DNA of 64,000 nucleotides from assembly GCF_006345805.1 (NCBI RefSeq), contig NC_043001.1, forward strand, positions 45,012,001 through 45,076,000, read 5' to 3'. The position numbers were made by a program, and so were the translations under genes. Of this stretch, positions 63,700-64,000 are shown piece after piece. The DNA is from Octopus sinensis (lineage: Eukaryota). The notes under the pieces were generated by a model. The model had not been told where the DNA came from. It searched no databases and saw nothing but the letters and a program-made list of their open reading frames with translations. Position 1 is the stretch's first letter; each line of letters begins with the position of its first letter.

Positions 63700-64000
63700 C
63701 AGACTGGAATTAGCTAATTTTGTATATGCTCTTGCAATGATATTCTTAACATGGATCTTTCCATGGCCCTTTGCAACAAAGCCAGTTGATGTTCTTTCTT
63801 TGTAGTAGTCTATGTCTCACTTTCATATAAGAGTGCTGGTAGGACAGGGTCTGGCATGTATGCTCTTGCCCAACTTTGCTTTGAGCACATCCTTTATTGA
63901 GGTAACTGCCTTCCATCCTGCCCTTATTCTCTTTTGAGATTTCAGCATCCTTGTTCAGCACATATTTACTGTGTTCCCTAAATAGATGTACTCCTTTACT
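63700..64000 (-). mobile_element. RTE-clade LINE fragment (different subfamily), running off the window edge
   Basis: Frameshifted remnants: KEYIYLG, DAEIS.RIRAGWKA, PALLYESET, QRAMERSML.ISL.EHI. Confidence 0.75.

Overview
AT-rich, repeat-dense animal genomic DNA with a 100-N gap at 18868-18967. The SINE, RTE and microsatellite landscape looks like an octopod cephalopod; this comes from recognising repeat motifs, not from a search. The only well-supported host gene is an intact, intronless 486-aa alanine aminotransferase (14543-16003, minus), most likely a retrogene, inside a visibly CpG-retaining domain. The rest is layered mobile DNA: four SINE-like families, RTE, CR1 and Penelope retroelements, Tigger, mariner, maT and DUF4817-type transposon relics, two non-autonomous Helitrons and several foldback elements. 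The main unexpected signal is a set of hammerhead ribozyme (HHR) motifs in several unrelated repeats. Two have an intact catalytic core (60101-60192 plus, 41379-41466 minus). Others occur as head-to-head pairs, including a TSD-flanked 416-bp unit in which two HHR-bearing arms enclose a tRNA-like Pol III cassette (22185-22600). Also notable are a candidate recursive splice site (51981-52035), a Helitron flanked by a 48-bp duplication, a 610-bp near-perfect inverted duplication and a 5'-inverted Penelope copy. All alignments and folds were done by eye, so repeat boundaries are approximate.
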